Source: Chrysomallon squamiferum
Lineage: Eukaryota; Animalia; Mollusca
Length of the DNA stretch: 64,000 nucleotides
Direction of reading: 5' to 3'
NCBI GenBank assembly: GCA_012295275.1
Contig: CM022665.1
Location: 41,912,001 to 41,976,000, forward strand
Made by a program: the position numbers and the translations under genes. Under the pieces are notes generated by a model, which saw only the letters and a program-made list of their open reading frames with translations, ran no database searches and had not been told where the DNA came from. How positions within the stretch are numbered: the first letter of the stretch is position 1; every line of letters begins with the position of its first letter. Positions 1 through 13,400 of the stretch are shown piece after piece.

Positions 1-133
1 TACTAAATCTAAAAAACATACTTTTCTTAATTTGGAATGTAAACAAAATTTGGAATGTTTAAATGACCTGTCAGTTTTATCACTTTATTAAAATGTTCTC
101 CAAAAAGGAAAAGGAGAAGAAACGTATACATAC

Positions 134-3100
134 TTGAGATGGAAGAGCCATGAGGCTGTATCTGAACTTCTTTGAGCAGGATGGCAAAGGGTAGATGTAT
201 TGTGAGATCCACCCAGGCTTCGTCTGGGTAGAAATGGTAGGACCAGGCAGCAGACCGGGCACGTCTGTGAGGTGGAGATGTCTGGATCAAAACATCAGCT
301 GGACTCGCAGTAGGGCTGTTGGATGAAATAGAACCTGAAAAACAGAAATAAAAATATTTGCTAGTCTGTATTTTATCATGCAATATTTTTATTATTATTA
401 TTATTATTATTATTAGTTTTTATTCATATATTTATTTATTTTATTTTTTTCTTGTTGTTACTGTTGGTTAAGAATATTTATAAAAATTTTATAAATTATT
501 TTAAATTATTAAAAACATTATTAATTATTACCTTAGTAAAACTTTTAATAAAACATAACACCAAAGAAAAACAGAAATTCATATTTTAATAAAAAAAAAA
601 CAAAAACATAAAAAAAAAAAAAAATAATAATAATAAACTGCTCATTTTCATGGACATTATGTGGATTTTTTTTTTAACTAATACTTTTTTTTTTTTGCTT
701 TACTTGAAAAGAATTTTATTATTATTATTATTTGGTTTACTTCAATATAACTTAACAGCAAAGACTGAAAATGGTATTTCAGTAAAATAACTTTCTAAAA
801 CTATACAAGATATTTTCTGTAACTCAGTAACAGTACATGTGTACAAGACATGATAAGTCTCTGTATCATTTCTTCTAAACTTACACCCACCTAATGGAGC
901 AAAGTTCTGAATTGTATCAGTGTCAGTATCACTGACTTTGTCGATGTTGCCTGTACGCCCATAGTTGAGGTTCTGCATGATGGTGGAGATGAGACTTGGG
1001 TTGATGTTGATGATGGAGCTGCTGCATCTCACCAGATTTCTGCAAACAACTTCAATACCACCTGAAAACAAAAACATACATCTAGAAATTGGCTTTAAAA
1101 CAATTATTTCAAAATATTTAAAAAAAAGAAAAGAAATGACAATAAGGAAAAAACATGCTTTTTGTCTTTTATTTGGATTTTAGATTCAAGCAAAGACAAA
1201 AGATAGAACTTTTAATAATGGAGAAAGAACTGTAAGTCATTAAAAAATCTTTTGAAAATACAATAATGGCACTTAGCAGTACTTCTGAAGTTTAGATATT
1301 GCTTAATGAGATATCATTTTTAATTCTAAAGCTAATAAAAATGCCACTGTTTTACTCAAGTTTTATTCAATATTTAGCAATATTGTTTACAACAATTACA
1401 ATTAGATTCGAATCATCTAGTCTTACCCATTTCCAGAAACAACTGAATCTTTCTGCTGCTATCCAAAATGGAGATAATAAACCAAAGGAGAGGTTCTGAC
1501 ATCCTGCAGAGGGCATTCTGAGTGTAGCTTCCTGACAGGTAGTCAAACAGGGCCTTCAGAATGAGCTTGGGATCTGATGTGTGCTTCATGAAGCACAGCA
1601 TGATCTGACAGACTCCGTCACCCACACAGCATGGATCACCAGCCGGCAGTACATCAGACAGACTCTCTATCCCTGCCTGGCCTATCAGTGCTGCTGAAGT
1701 GTTGCTGGTGCAGTAGCTCAGTGTTCTTATCAGGTTCTGCATGACAGCAGGATGACCGAGAATGAAGTCGCACAATCTGCGACACACTCCGTCTGTAACT
1801 TGACCTCGGTCAGTGTTACTGGCTTCAATACCGGCAGCAACTGCCGCCGATTCTGTCTTCTGTTCATCAGTCTGGTGACCTTTCTCATCATCTGAAATTG
1901 CCGTTGGTGTAGATGTCGCAAGAGCCTGGCTAAGCCTGCTGGTGTCAAAGAGGTTGTCGAGTGCCATCAGAGAAGATGCTTCAAATCTCTCCTCCTGAAC
2001 TGGGTGGACGCCTTGAGATGTGTTGCTGGCAATGGGAACCTGCATCAGATTGTTTACCAGTTTCAACATGCCACAGACTAGCCTGTCTCTGTTGACATCG
2101 CCTACCCCAGGTCGAGATTCTCCTCCACGCAACAGACCACCAAACAGTCCTCCAAAACAGGACCTGGCATTGCTGGAATTCTCAAGAGATCCTCGACAAC
2201 TGACTTTCTCCTGACAGAATATGTGCTGGTGCACAAGGTAGCTGATAGACTGGATCACGTTGACAGCACTGTTTGTGTTCACCTGTCGGAACTGGATATC
2301 TAGAACGAAGTCCATGAATTTACACTGAGCATCCAGTGGGCCCATACAGCTGTAGAAAGCACCCCTGAAATGCAAGAGAGAGAGAGAGAGAAACCATTAA
2401 ATAAATATCAAAGAAAACACATTCAAAATTATCTTTACATTTCAGAAATTATATTTAACATGTATTATTTACATACACATATTGATTTTTACGTTTTCTA
2501 AATTACCTTTCAGTGGTTAAAGTATGTATTATCTTCAGTACAAGCTCTTTGAGGTTTGCTGTGTTCAGTTCTGCTGATTTTATCTGAAGTCTTCTGAGAA
2601 AATCATCAAATGCTTTTGATGCTGATGGCCCAACCTGTGATTAAAAATAATAATAATAATAATTATCAGTATATTGCTGTATTTACATAAAAAAAAAAAT
2701 TAGAACTGAAAATGATATGCTTATTTAGAAATCAAATCTATTATAATTCGGTGAAAAATAAAATGTAATTAAAACATTATTTCTCTGACAAAAAAAAATT
2801 AAAAATATGTATCTATATTTATATAATAATTATTAATAATAATAATTTTTATGGGATGATATAAAATTAATAATCCAACAATGTATTAGAAATTATAATA
2901 TGTACCTTACTTAACATAATAAATGATATATTATTCCATTGAAAAATTAATAACTAAAGAAATATTTTATATTCATGTTAATTTAAAAGATCAAAAATAA
3001 AATACAGAAGCATGTAAGAAACAGACCTGAGGATGAGAAACATTTGCCGATGTAGGTCCACTTGCCGAAGTCCCAGAGAGAAACTTAGTCAGCAACTGCA

Positions 3101-4158
3101 CTAAACTGTTGTCGTTGATAATGGCAGACACCATGGACAGGTCTGTGCCATCTGTTGCTGTTCTCTGATTGGACAAAAGACACAGAGCCTGAAAGACAAA
3201 CACCCATGTTCGCACTGGCAGATTAGGGGTTAGGACGACAGCCTCTAGCAGGTTGGTCACTGACAGAGGGTTTAGTGGAATTGTCGGAATCCGTGACGCA
3301 TCAAAACTTGGCTGCAGAGGACAATCGTCATGCACGCCATCGTCATTCATCGTGAGCCACAACTGCAGAACAGTTTCTAGATTGACCCGTTGGGTTAGCA
3401 GTTGAGCAAACAGGTGACTGAAACACTGACTCAACATCTGACATGAAGTTACCATCTGTGGAGAAAAAACCCCAATAATAATGCAACTTAAATAACCAAC
3501 AATGTGAAATTAATAATGATACTGAAATGTTCAGGTTTTAACCTCAAAAGATTTAACTCAAAAGATTTAACCCAAAAGCAACAACAAATACACAACATAA
3601 AAGTTATGAAATTTTCTTTTTTTTTATTAAAAAAAACACACTTTTTATGAACTGTATTAATAATTCTTTTTCCTTTCATTTTCCTGGTCCCATTCTGTAT
3701 TTTTAAAGGTAGCAACACAAAATAAAACTAGTGAATCTTTTGCCTGAATGCAATATGTAAAAAAAAAAATAAAAGACTGTGATATTATTAAAATATTTAC
3801 TCTCTGCTGACTGGCTAGAAGTGATGCCTCTGAGAGTTCATCATCAGTTGATGAAGACTGAGACTGACTGACACTGTGTGCAAATGGTGGTGCTGGAGGT
3901 AAAGGGTTAAGAAAGGCACTGTGAACGCTGTCCATCTGAGCTGACAACATCACCTGCAAATAGTAATAATAAAAATAACAATAACAGTAACTTCAACAAC
4001 AATAATGATGATGATGATGATGATGATAATAGTAATAATATAATAAGAACAATAATACCAAAAATTACAATAATAACAGTAATAGTAGTAGTAGTAATAA
4101 TAATGATATATTAAAAATAAAAACGTTATCAACAAATAAATTTTGAAATAATAAAACA

Positions 4159-4201
<43 letters not shown>

Positions 4202-7200
4202 TAAAAATAAAAACAAAGAAGATATCAGAAAATGAATTTTGAAATAATAAAAAACAAATAATAATAAATTAACAATAAATAAAGAAGATATGAGAAAATA
4301 ACTTTTTAAATATATATAAAAAAAAATGAGTAAGAGTACTGTTGATTCAAAATTTTTGAAAATATAATTATGCACATGGTCAAAAGCAAATTTTGTCATG
4401 GCTTTTATTTTGACTTTTTTCATTATTTATTTGTATTTTTTAAATCAGCATTACTATCTACTCTCCATTTTTGTTACAATTACAATAAAAAAATAAAATA
4501 TAATAAAAAAACGTACTCTGAGTCGAAGCTCAGCCTGAGTCTCCAGTCCTAGTTCAAGCCTGGCATCGAGAGCAGATGACAAACCCAGACATCCAGTCAT
4601 GGACTTTGCTGTGCTGAGGTAGTCTGCCAGCTTGCTCTTCAAGTTCTTTAGTTTCTGGTTTTGTCATACCATGTGAATAGTCTGAAAACACACAAAAAAA
4701 AATAATAATAATAAAAAAAAAAAACCACAAGTTATTCCATGAAGAAGACCAATGATTTTATCAGAATTTGTTAAACAAGACCTCAAGGTACCATATTATT
4801 AAGTTATTGGGTGTTAGATTTCTAATTTCACAATGAGAGTATAAATGAAAAAAAAATCAGGTACACCCTATCCTATCAACTTTGTTTTTAATGATTGGCA
4901 GATATTAATAATATATTAGAAAGAAAGAAAAAAAGAACAGTTATTACAAACAATAAATTTATTATTTAAAGGAAACATCATGAGCATATTTAATACAAAA
5001 ACTTACTCTCAATCAATGTCATAATTTGTGTACCAAATATTGTTATCTGTTATCTTTAAATGAAACCTGATACATATTTACTACAACAATATAAAAAAAA
5101 AAAAAAAAAATTAAAAAAAAAAGATAAGAAAAAAGACAGAATTTGATAAATGAAAACTTTCTACTCGGTACTAACCCTGATGTTCCGGTAGTTGATGATA
5201 GTCCAGTCATTGATGATTTGATGTGATCGGCCAGCTCGTTGCCCACTGAGGGAACTGATGCTGTCTGTCCCATGCCTTTCCCCATGTAAATGACATTGAA
5301 TGGGCCATCATGTCCTGGTGGTTTCACAGACTCGCCAGTCACGTATTCATGCAGCTTGTCAGTGGCTTCATCATCAAACTCACTCTCCTCCAGCAGAAGG
5401 TCAACCATGATGGAAGCATCTTTCTCCAAACTCTGACCATTGTCTGACAGCTGTGAATTTTCTAAATCTACAAAATTAATAATTAAATTGTTTTTCAAAT
5501 GTTTGTCTCTTTAAATATGCTTTGTCCATACATGTACCTTTTTTAAACCGTTCAGTCTACATAAATATACCTTTATAATTAAAATAATTCATTTTTAACA
5601 AATTTGTAACTATTTTTGCAGCTTAACATGTTCAAAATATTACTTAAATAAAATCCAATGTTACAACTGAAATTAAATTACCTAAATAAAAACCCCAAAG
5701 CAACACAAGATTTTTAATAATTAATTCTTCAATGAAACACAAATAATTATTAAACAAAATTTCTATATTAAATGGTTCAAAATTGAAATACATGGCAACA
5801 TTATGAATTTCAAAATTATTTTAATTTTCCATTTTCAATACTTGATTCAGTGCATCACTCACTTAAAAACAGCCTAGATCTGATTTTACTAAGTCTTGAA
5901 GAGAATTCTGACTTACCTGCCATCTCTCCATTACTATCATCAAAAGATGTAAGACTGACACTCTGAGCCAAACTATCATCTGTTTCTGTGACAACAGACA
6001 TTTCTTCATCAGTCATCACTGGCAGGTCACTGCCAGTAGGGAACAATCGTTCTCCTACAAAATAAAATTTCAATAACCGTCAAATAAATGATTTCTGAAA
6101 ATATGTTTTTGATTTAATTTTATTTCTTAAAATAAAAACATAATAAAAAGAACATTTAAATACTATTTCCTTTGAATTTGAATTTTTTTAAACACAATGG
6201 TAAATTCTACAAATATGACAAAATGTGAAATATTTAAAAGAAAAGGTAGTATTCATTAAGATAAATTCAATTTTTGTTCCATTAGATGGCATTCTGATTA
6301 ATGTTAATACACCAAAAAAAAAAAAATATCTTATTACTATACTGCCCTTTGTATGATGATAAGATTTCAATTTATGTAACTTAATTTTATTTATCTTTTA
6401 CAAATCTTTTATTTTACATTTTTATTTTTTTATTTTTTATTTTTTTAAATATCGATCAGGCTCACAATTGTATTCCACAATAAAACCTACCATCAAGAAT
6501 GTCCTGGAGCAGACAGGTGATTGCGTGACTAGCCCACGTCCCACCCCAGGTGACATCTCCGTGGTTCAGTTCATGACTAGCAGTTAACAGTATCAGCTGT
6601 TCTAGCTGATCCTGAGTCATTGCTTCAGCTAATGTGATAGCTGGTCGAGCAGCGTTGCATATTCTAGCAAACACCTGAAACAGTTATAGGCAGTTGTTAC
6701 ACATATGTAAGTGCAATAACACATGTTACAATTTCAAGAAAAAAGAAAAAAAAAAAATATATGTTGTTATTTGAAAAAATGTGTGATCTGTCTGTTATGA
6801 ACTAAAAGTACCTATGTCACAATTTCATGAAGAAGAAGAAAGAAAAAAAAAAAGTTGAAAAATATGTTGTCATCTGAAAAATGAGTGGACTATAGTGTTA
6901 TAAATTGAAAAATTATCAGAAAGTACTAAAAAAAAAAAGCAGAAAAAAAAAATAAAAAAAAAAAAATAACAATTTAAAAAAAAAAAAAAAAAAGAAGGAA
7001 AATGGCCTTATTTTGCTGAAGATAAAAGAAACACAAAACATAGCCCAAAATTTAGTAATACCTTGCAAGCAATGAGGAACAGATCTACATGACAAGTGAA
7101 ATCCATGCTTAGTAACAGTGCCATCAGTCCACGAACAACTGATAGACATTTTTCTCTTGGTAGAACAAACGATATATCAGGATCCTCATCCAAGTCTCTG

Positions 7201-10200
7201 TTAGATCCAGTCACATCATCCTTCTGCATTTTCCTTAGTAACACAGCATCAGTCTTTCGTATATGTATGATATCCTTCAGGTGCTGTTGAAAGAGAAAAG
7301 AGATGGTGCATAATACTGCTGTATACACTAAAAACAAATTATATTAAAGAAAAAAACAAGAAAAATAATAACAAACCAGTCACATACATTCAATGATGAT
7401 TTAATATGAATCTTACAAAAGAGGAATAAAAAAGATAAGTTTTTGACAATTCCAATCCTAATTCTAGTTAGGTGAAAGGATTTAAAATAATAAGAATCTT
7501 GTTTAAAAATTAAAATATGTCTTTACAGGTGTACACAATATTTATTAAATGCCATGTCTTAGTCTATCAAAGATATCTTTGGAATTTGGGAATTTCTCAG
7601 TGGCTGATTGATTAGACTACCAAATGAAGATCAAGCAACAAGATTCCTCTAAATTTTCATCATTAAAAAAAACAATAAATAAATAAATTATGAAAATAAA
7701 TAAATAAATAAATAAATAAAAATAAACAGGACAAAAATCCAGGTTGACACCTAGCAGGGTTTAATATTAAAAACAGTCAACCCTATCATCAATCAAATAT
7801 TCAGTCACTTGTTATGCCTAACCTTTGAAGCATACTGTGAGAGTTCTTTCTGAAACTGCTGTTCCTGTTGTTTGATGAGCGCCTGGGCCTCCTTGCCCAT
7901 GCTCTGTCCACTCTTCTCCATGTGTTTCTCCAGAAACTTCTTCTTGGCCAGCTCCAGGTCGTGGAGCCTCTGTTTGTGATGTAGAATCCTCTTCTGCAGT
8001 GACCGTCTGTACAGTTTGCCTGAGCGAGTCTTGCTCTTTGATGGGTTTGTTGACAACTGTCCCTGAATAAAGCCCCATCGATTTGTTTGAAAAGCACCTA
8101 AAAAAAAACCAAAATATGTTGTTAAATATATTGCAATATCCAATGCAGAAAAAAACAGATCAAAGGCTCAAATAAAATAACATACTAACATGTTTTTCTT
8201 CACACATGCTCATTGTATATAGTGTTAAAATGTAGCCAAAATACAGACCCTCCCCAGATTTTATAGGTGGATCATTCTGTAAAATGTGGTGCCAGTCAAA
8301 ACATGTTAATGTATAAGAGTAGCATAGTTTGTACAGAACAAATGTTAACAATGCAGTTAAAAGTACACTTTATAAATGGGGATCTGTACAAGTAGGATGT
8401 TTCTATACAATACACAACGAAACAAGAAATTAATGCACAAACCATTTATAAACTGAAGTTAATGATATTTCATAAAACAATTTATTTTTGATACTACTTT
8501 AATGGCTACTAAGTCAATTTAGCACGGAAGTTTTTTTATTTTACATTCTAAAAACAATTTTTCAGATATTCCTATATTACAATATTTTATTTTATTTTAT
8601 TTTATTTTATTTTATTATTATTATTTTGTTTAATACTCAGAGGTAATTAAAATTACTATTAGTTTTGGGCAAACATTAATTCACTAACAAGTTTTTCAAT
8701 TATTCAGGAAATATTTTTTCTTTTACTTTTCTGATACATTAAAATAAATTTAATGTTCATTTATTAAAACACTTTGTTAATTACTGATTCTGGAAAAAAA
8801 TTTAAAACTTATTTTTAAATGCATTCATTTCATGTTTTACACTAACAGCTGACAAATAACCCTTTCCTTGCAACATGCAGTTACATCCACTCAAAATTTT
8901 ATTACTGTTAACCATGGAAAGCAGATTTACCCTGGGACCTTAAAAAAAAAAATTCCTGTTATGCTGTAAGAAGTGGACACATCCCCAGAGACTCCCAAAC
9001 ACAGTATCAGTCCAGAAGCAGAAAATATGTCTTCAGCTTTGAGGTGGAAAGTTAACATTACAGGAATGACTATGAAGATTAATTAGACACTGAAAGGGTT
9101 AGTGTTAAAAACAAACTGACTTGGGTTATTAACAATATTAAAAACAACATGTACCTGCATCTCTGTCTTTTTTGGCGGCTCCTTTCTCATATTCTTCCGG
9201 TCCAACCAGCAGAGAGTTGTCAAAGTTACGACAAAGAAACAACAGTATCCAACTGACCAGGGACAAATCAAGACAGGCTAAAAATTGGTACAATAGATAT
9301 TTGTAGACATCATTTCATAAACTAAGACACTATTACAACAGGCTAAAAACTGGTACAATAGACATTTGTAGACATCATTTCATAACCTAAGACACTTTTA
9401 CAACAGACTAAAAATTGGTTCCATGAACTGAGATGCATATTTTTTTTTATGCTAATTCATGCACATAACAATTCTGATACGTAACAACAACTAATACAAT
9501 ACAAAAAAAAAAGAGTTTAAAATAATGTATTTCAATACTTATTGGTTTCTTTAATGAAAAATTAAAGATTGATTACCAACAACAGTATGCATGTTAGTCT
9601 GACAAACATTTCAGAAATCAAACTGATCATAAGTTTTCATACATCTGTGACACAAAAAATTACGTACAAATAAACAGAAAAAAACAAAACAAAAAACAAA
9701 GAAAAACTGAAGACAAAAATTAAAGACACTTTATTTTGGTAGGTGGGGGGGAAAGTAACAATAACCACTTGATGTCTATTAAGTACCCCTACTATTAATG
9801 ATGAATAATTTAACTATAACAGAAGGTATGACACGCTAAACTTTTGTTGTGAAGAGAAATCAGAATAGATAAAATCAAATCTTTGTAAATACAAGTGCTT
9901 GCTATATGGTTACCTGAGATATTTCTAGGTCTGTCAGCAGCAGCAGCAAAATTTGTGGTACTTGAAGAGTTACCATTAGTCAGGGGAGACAACACTTTTG
10001 ACAACATAGCCAGCAAGCTCTCCATGATGTTCACACATGATGGACCAGTAAGTGCCCTTTGACCCAGTGCACTGAGCAGAATAAACACTCTAGAAAAAAA
10101 GATAATAATAATTTAAAAAAAAAAGAAAAAAAAAAAGAATTAAGATAAATAAATAAAACATATTACTCTTGCCATTGATATTTAGCAAGGGTGCCATGAA

Positions 10201-10373
10201 ACCAGTAAGTTTGTTTATCATATATAAACTGTTTAAAAGCTGGAGTTGTATATAACTATACATAGTACTTTAAGAATGATCAAACTCCTGGTTTTGTTAT
10301 TAAATTTATACTGTTGAAATAGCTTCACAAAGACTTAACATTTGAAAGTGTGCTTTTAAATAATAAATAGTTT

Positions 10374-10406
<33 letters not shown>

Positions 10407-13400
10407 TGTAAAAAAAAAATAATAATAACAATAATAATGACAACAAGAACAACAACAAAATAATAATAAAAATAAAGTAATAATAATAATAATCATAAAA
10501 TTAATAATAATTCTGTGTCATAATTACCTATCTTGGGGAAACACTTGAGTGTAATCAGAATTAAAAAATTCTTGAAGCATGGAACCGAGGAAATTTCCCC
10601 ACCAGGACTGACTTCCACAGATTCTTGCGAGCAACAGACCGGTGCACACTTGAATTCTGCGAGTTCCCAACAAACAGAGATGTCTGAACAGAGCCTCGCT
10701 CGTCTGTGGGGTCAGACTCATGTAGAGAGCCAGAGGGGGCTGGGGTATGTTTGGCACGTGGACTGTCATGCTGAGCAGGATATCCAGTAAGTTTTCCAGC
10801 ATGATGCGAAGCTTGTCCGTGGAACACTGCTGTAGATGATGATCGACCCCAGCACTCTCTTGGTACTCAGTGACGTGAATCCCTAAAGCTTTCTGCAGTC
10901 TGACGATGGCTCTCTGTGCCAGGTTCATCTGAAGCTGAAGCTGTAGACAGTCGTTGTAGGACTGAATTATTCCCAAATCTTTGTCCGTTTTTCGGCCCTT
11001 CTTTAAGTAATACTCTACGTGAGAGGTAGCAAACTGCATGTTGTCGACAGCAGAAAGCAGGTTCTCTAACCGTGTGCGAGCCAGACTGTATCGACAGTGC
11101 AGGTCTTCCTGTAAGGAAATGAACAGGCCCAGGTGTGAAATCAGCTGATTCTGACTCTGCACTTCCATCTGGTTGCCGTAGCTGCTGGAGTGGCTGGTCT
11201 GAGCGGCAAGGTATTCTTTCCATTCCCATGGTAATATGTAACTGTGACCGTAGAACGACCCGATTGGAATTCTCGACTTGGTGGTTCCTGTTCCGTAACG
11301 ACCCACTGTTGTAATCTGTCAAATTGAACAAAGCATTTAACTGTTAGTTCCACAAATAACAATGGCATTACAATTTAATTTTTGTTAAATCTTAAATGTT
11401 ATTAATATTAAAATATCTTTAATTTAACCGTTAGTTCCACAAATAAAAATGGCATTACAATATCTTTAAAATTATATTAATATGGTAGTTATATCTTCAG
11501 TTTCTAAAATGGTCTGGATTTTAACAAACCTTTGGTAAACAAAAAAATAAATAATGAAATAATGAAATAGTGAATTAATGAGAAACAAACCAAAAATAAA
11601 TTAAGCAACCTGCTCAAAATACTATATAAGTGAGACAAATTCCCTTTTATCTAAAACTGACTTTAATTTTTTTTTAAAAACAAGTAAGAAAACACATCCA
11701 CAGACCTTCAGATAGCGACAGATTGGAGACGGCATGATGTTGTTCATGACCAGAGTTCTCATTCCAATGTCTGAGGCAACTACCAGTCTCTGACCATCAA
11801 TCTCTTCTCCCTGGATCCACACATCTATAGACAGAGACGCCAGATCTACACATGCTGGGATTATCACATCTGTCAAGATCACTGGCTTACCAAAGTCAAG
11901 TGTGACAAATCGTCTAGCACCTAAACAAATAAACAATATTATTAATAACAGTCAAATAAATACACATTATTTATATATTTAAAACAATTTTTAAAAAGAG
12001 AAGAATATTTTTAAAATGTTTTAAAAGAAAGGTAAACATAAAAAAAAAAAATAATAACTAAATGAAATTATAAAAAAAATAATAAAAATACCAGTTAAAT
12101 GAACAATACAGTTGACGAGAAATCATTTCACTTAAAACAATGCAATAAAAAACAGTCTGAAACATTAATAAATTACATCTCTAGAAATATATAATTTATA
12201 TTGTTAAAAAACAATCACCACCCAGCACGACGAGATAATAAGTAGACTTACAACCAAAATAATTTTAAGTTAGACTGTCCAACACAAAACATAAATGAAA
12301 TGCAAATTTTTACATTTTTAAAGAAAAGATAACTAATAACCAAAAGAGATTTCACATTAACAACTAGGATCACATATTTTCTAAGTAAGGTAAAAATCGG
12401 ATTTAAGCTACCTGAATGCATTCTCTCTATGACAAGAACTTGGGGTGGTGGTGCTTGCAGGAGAGTTTGGTTAAACGGGAGAGATGATTTCTGCTGCTGG
12501 TTCTGTTGTGTGTTTGGCTGTGACGTGCTTGGTGTTGTCACCGTTGATGGCTGAGTGGTAGCTGGTGGTGGAACCTGCTGTTGTTTAATGATGTCACTTT
12601 CACTTCCAGCAGAAAACTGAAATGGCATTGAATTTTTTAATGAAGACTTTATCCTGAAGTTTTAATACAGAAATGAAGAAAAACAACAACTGATGAACAA
12701 ATCAAAGAAAACTAAGGAAAATAAAATATAAAGAAAATTAAAACAGAAAGATGGCAGATTTAAAACCTGTATTAACGACCACCAAATTAAGAATTTTTCT
12801 TTAGAATTTGTAAAAATTTAAACAGAGCCATCTTTAAACTATTGTTTTCTTAAAACATTAACTTATCTAGTAACAGAAAACTCTAAACTGTTAACTGCTT
12901 TCCAAAATTCTCTTACCTTAGACACTGTAGGAGGACCCACCACCTGGAAGTGCCAGGTTTCATTGGGTGGGGTCACAGAAGGTGTAATCATGTTGGGTGT
13001 TGTTTTGGGTGTGGGTGGGAACAGATCTGGTGCTTTGGTTGGTAAGGGTGTGTGCATGGCTTCTGTTATTGCCTGTTCTATCTGCTTGTAACTTGGATGA
13101 AGCTGCTTGGCATACGTCTGAGCCAGTTTCTTCAGTGAGTCCGCGACAGCCGTCCCTGACATGCTGGTCCCAGCTGCCATCAGAGGTGAAGGATTTTCTC
13201 CAAAGTTGATGGTTCCAGACATTCCCAGAGCAGCACTAGAAGTAACTGCTGGATTCCCCGATATGTCCATTCTTTCCACACGAGTGGAGTCACTCGTCGC
13301 GTGACACACGAAATGCAGAGGTTCAGCCTCAAGAAGTCCGAGGACGTGACTTCTGGCATACTCAATTTGAGTTTTTCCAGTTTTCTCCAGGGACAGACTG

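Noticed and set aside
3950-4423. 157-aa Y/I/F-rich ORF
   Set aside because: Translation of (ATT)n/(TAA)n intronic simple repeats.
4664-4666. In-frame TGA as selenocysteine or readthrough codon in BIRC6
   Set aside because: It needs a phase-0 donor, and only a very weak one exists (TTA|gtaccg). A 1-nt indel explains the data better, and BIRC6 is not a known selenoprotein.
9273-9419. CRISPR-like appearance of the 65-bp and 99-bp repeats
   Set aside because: Head-to-tail tandem units with no unique spacers, no cas genes, eukaryotic context.
10867-11331. 154-aa alternative-frame ORF, and similar overlapping ORFs at 7801-8097 and 13180-13473
   Set aside because: Off-frame by-products of GC-richer BIRC6 exons; no start context or splice support.
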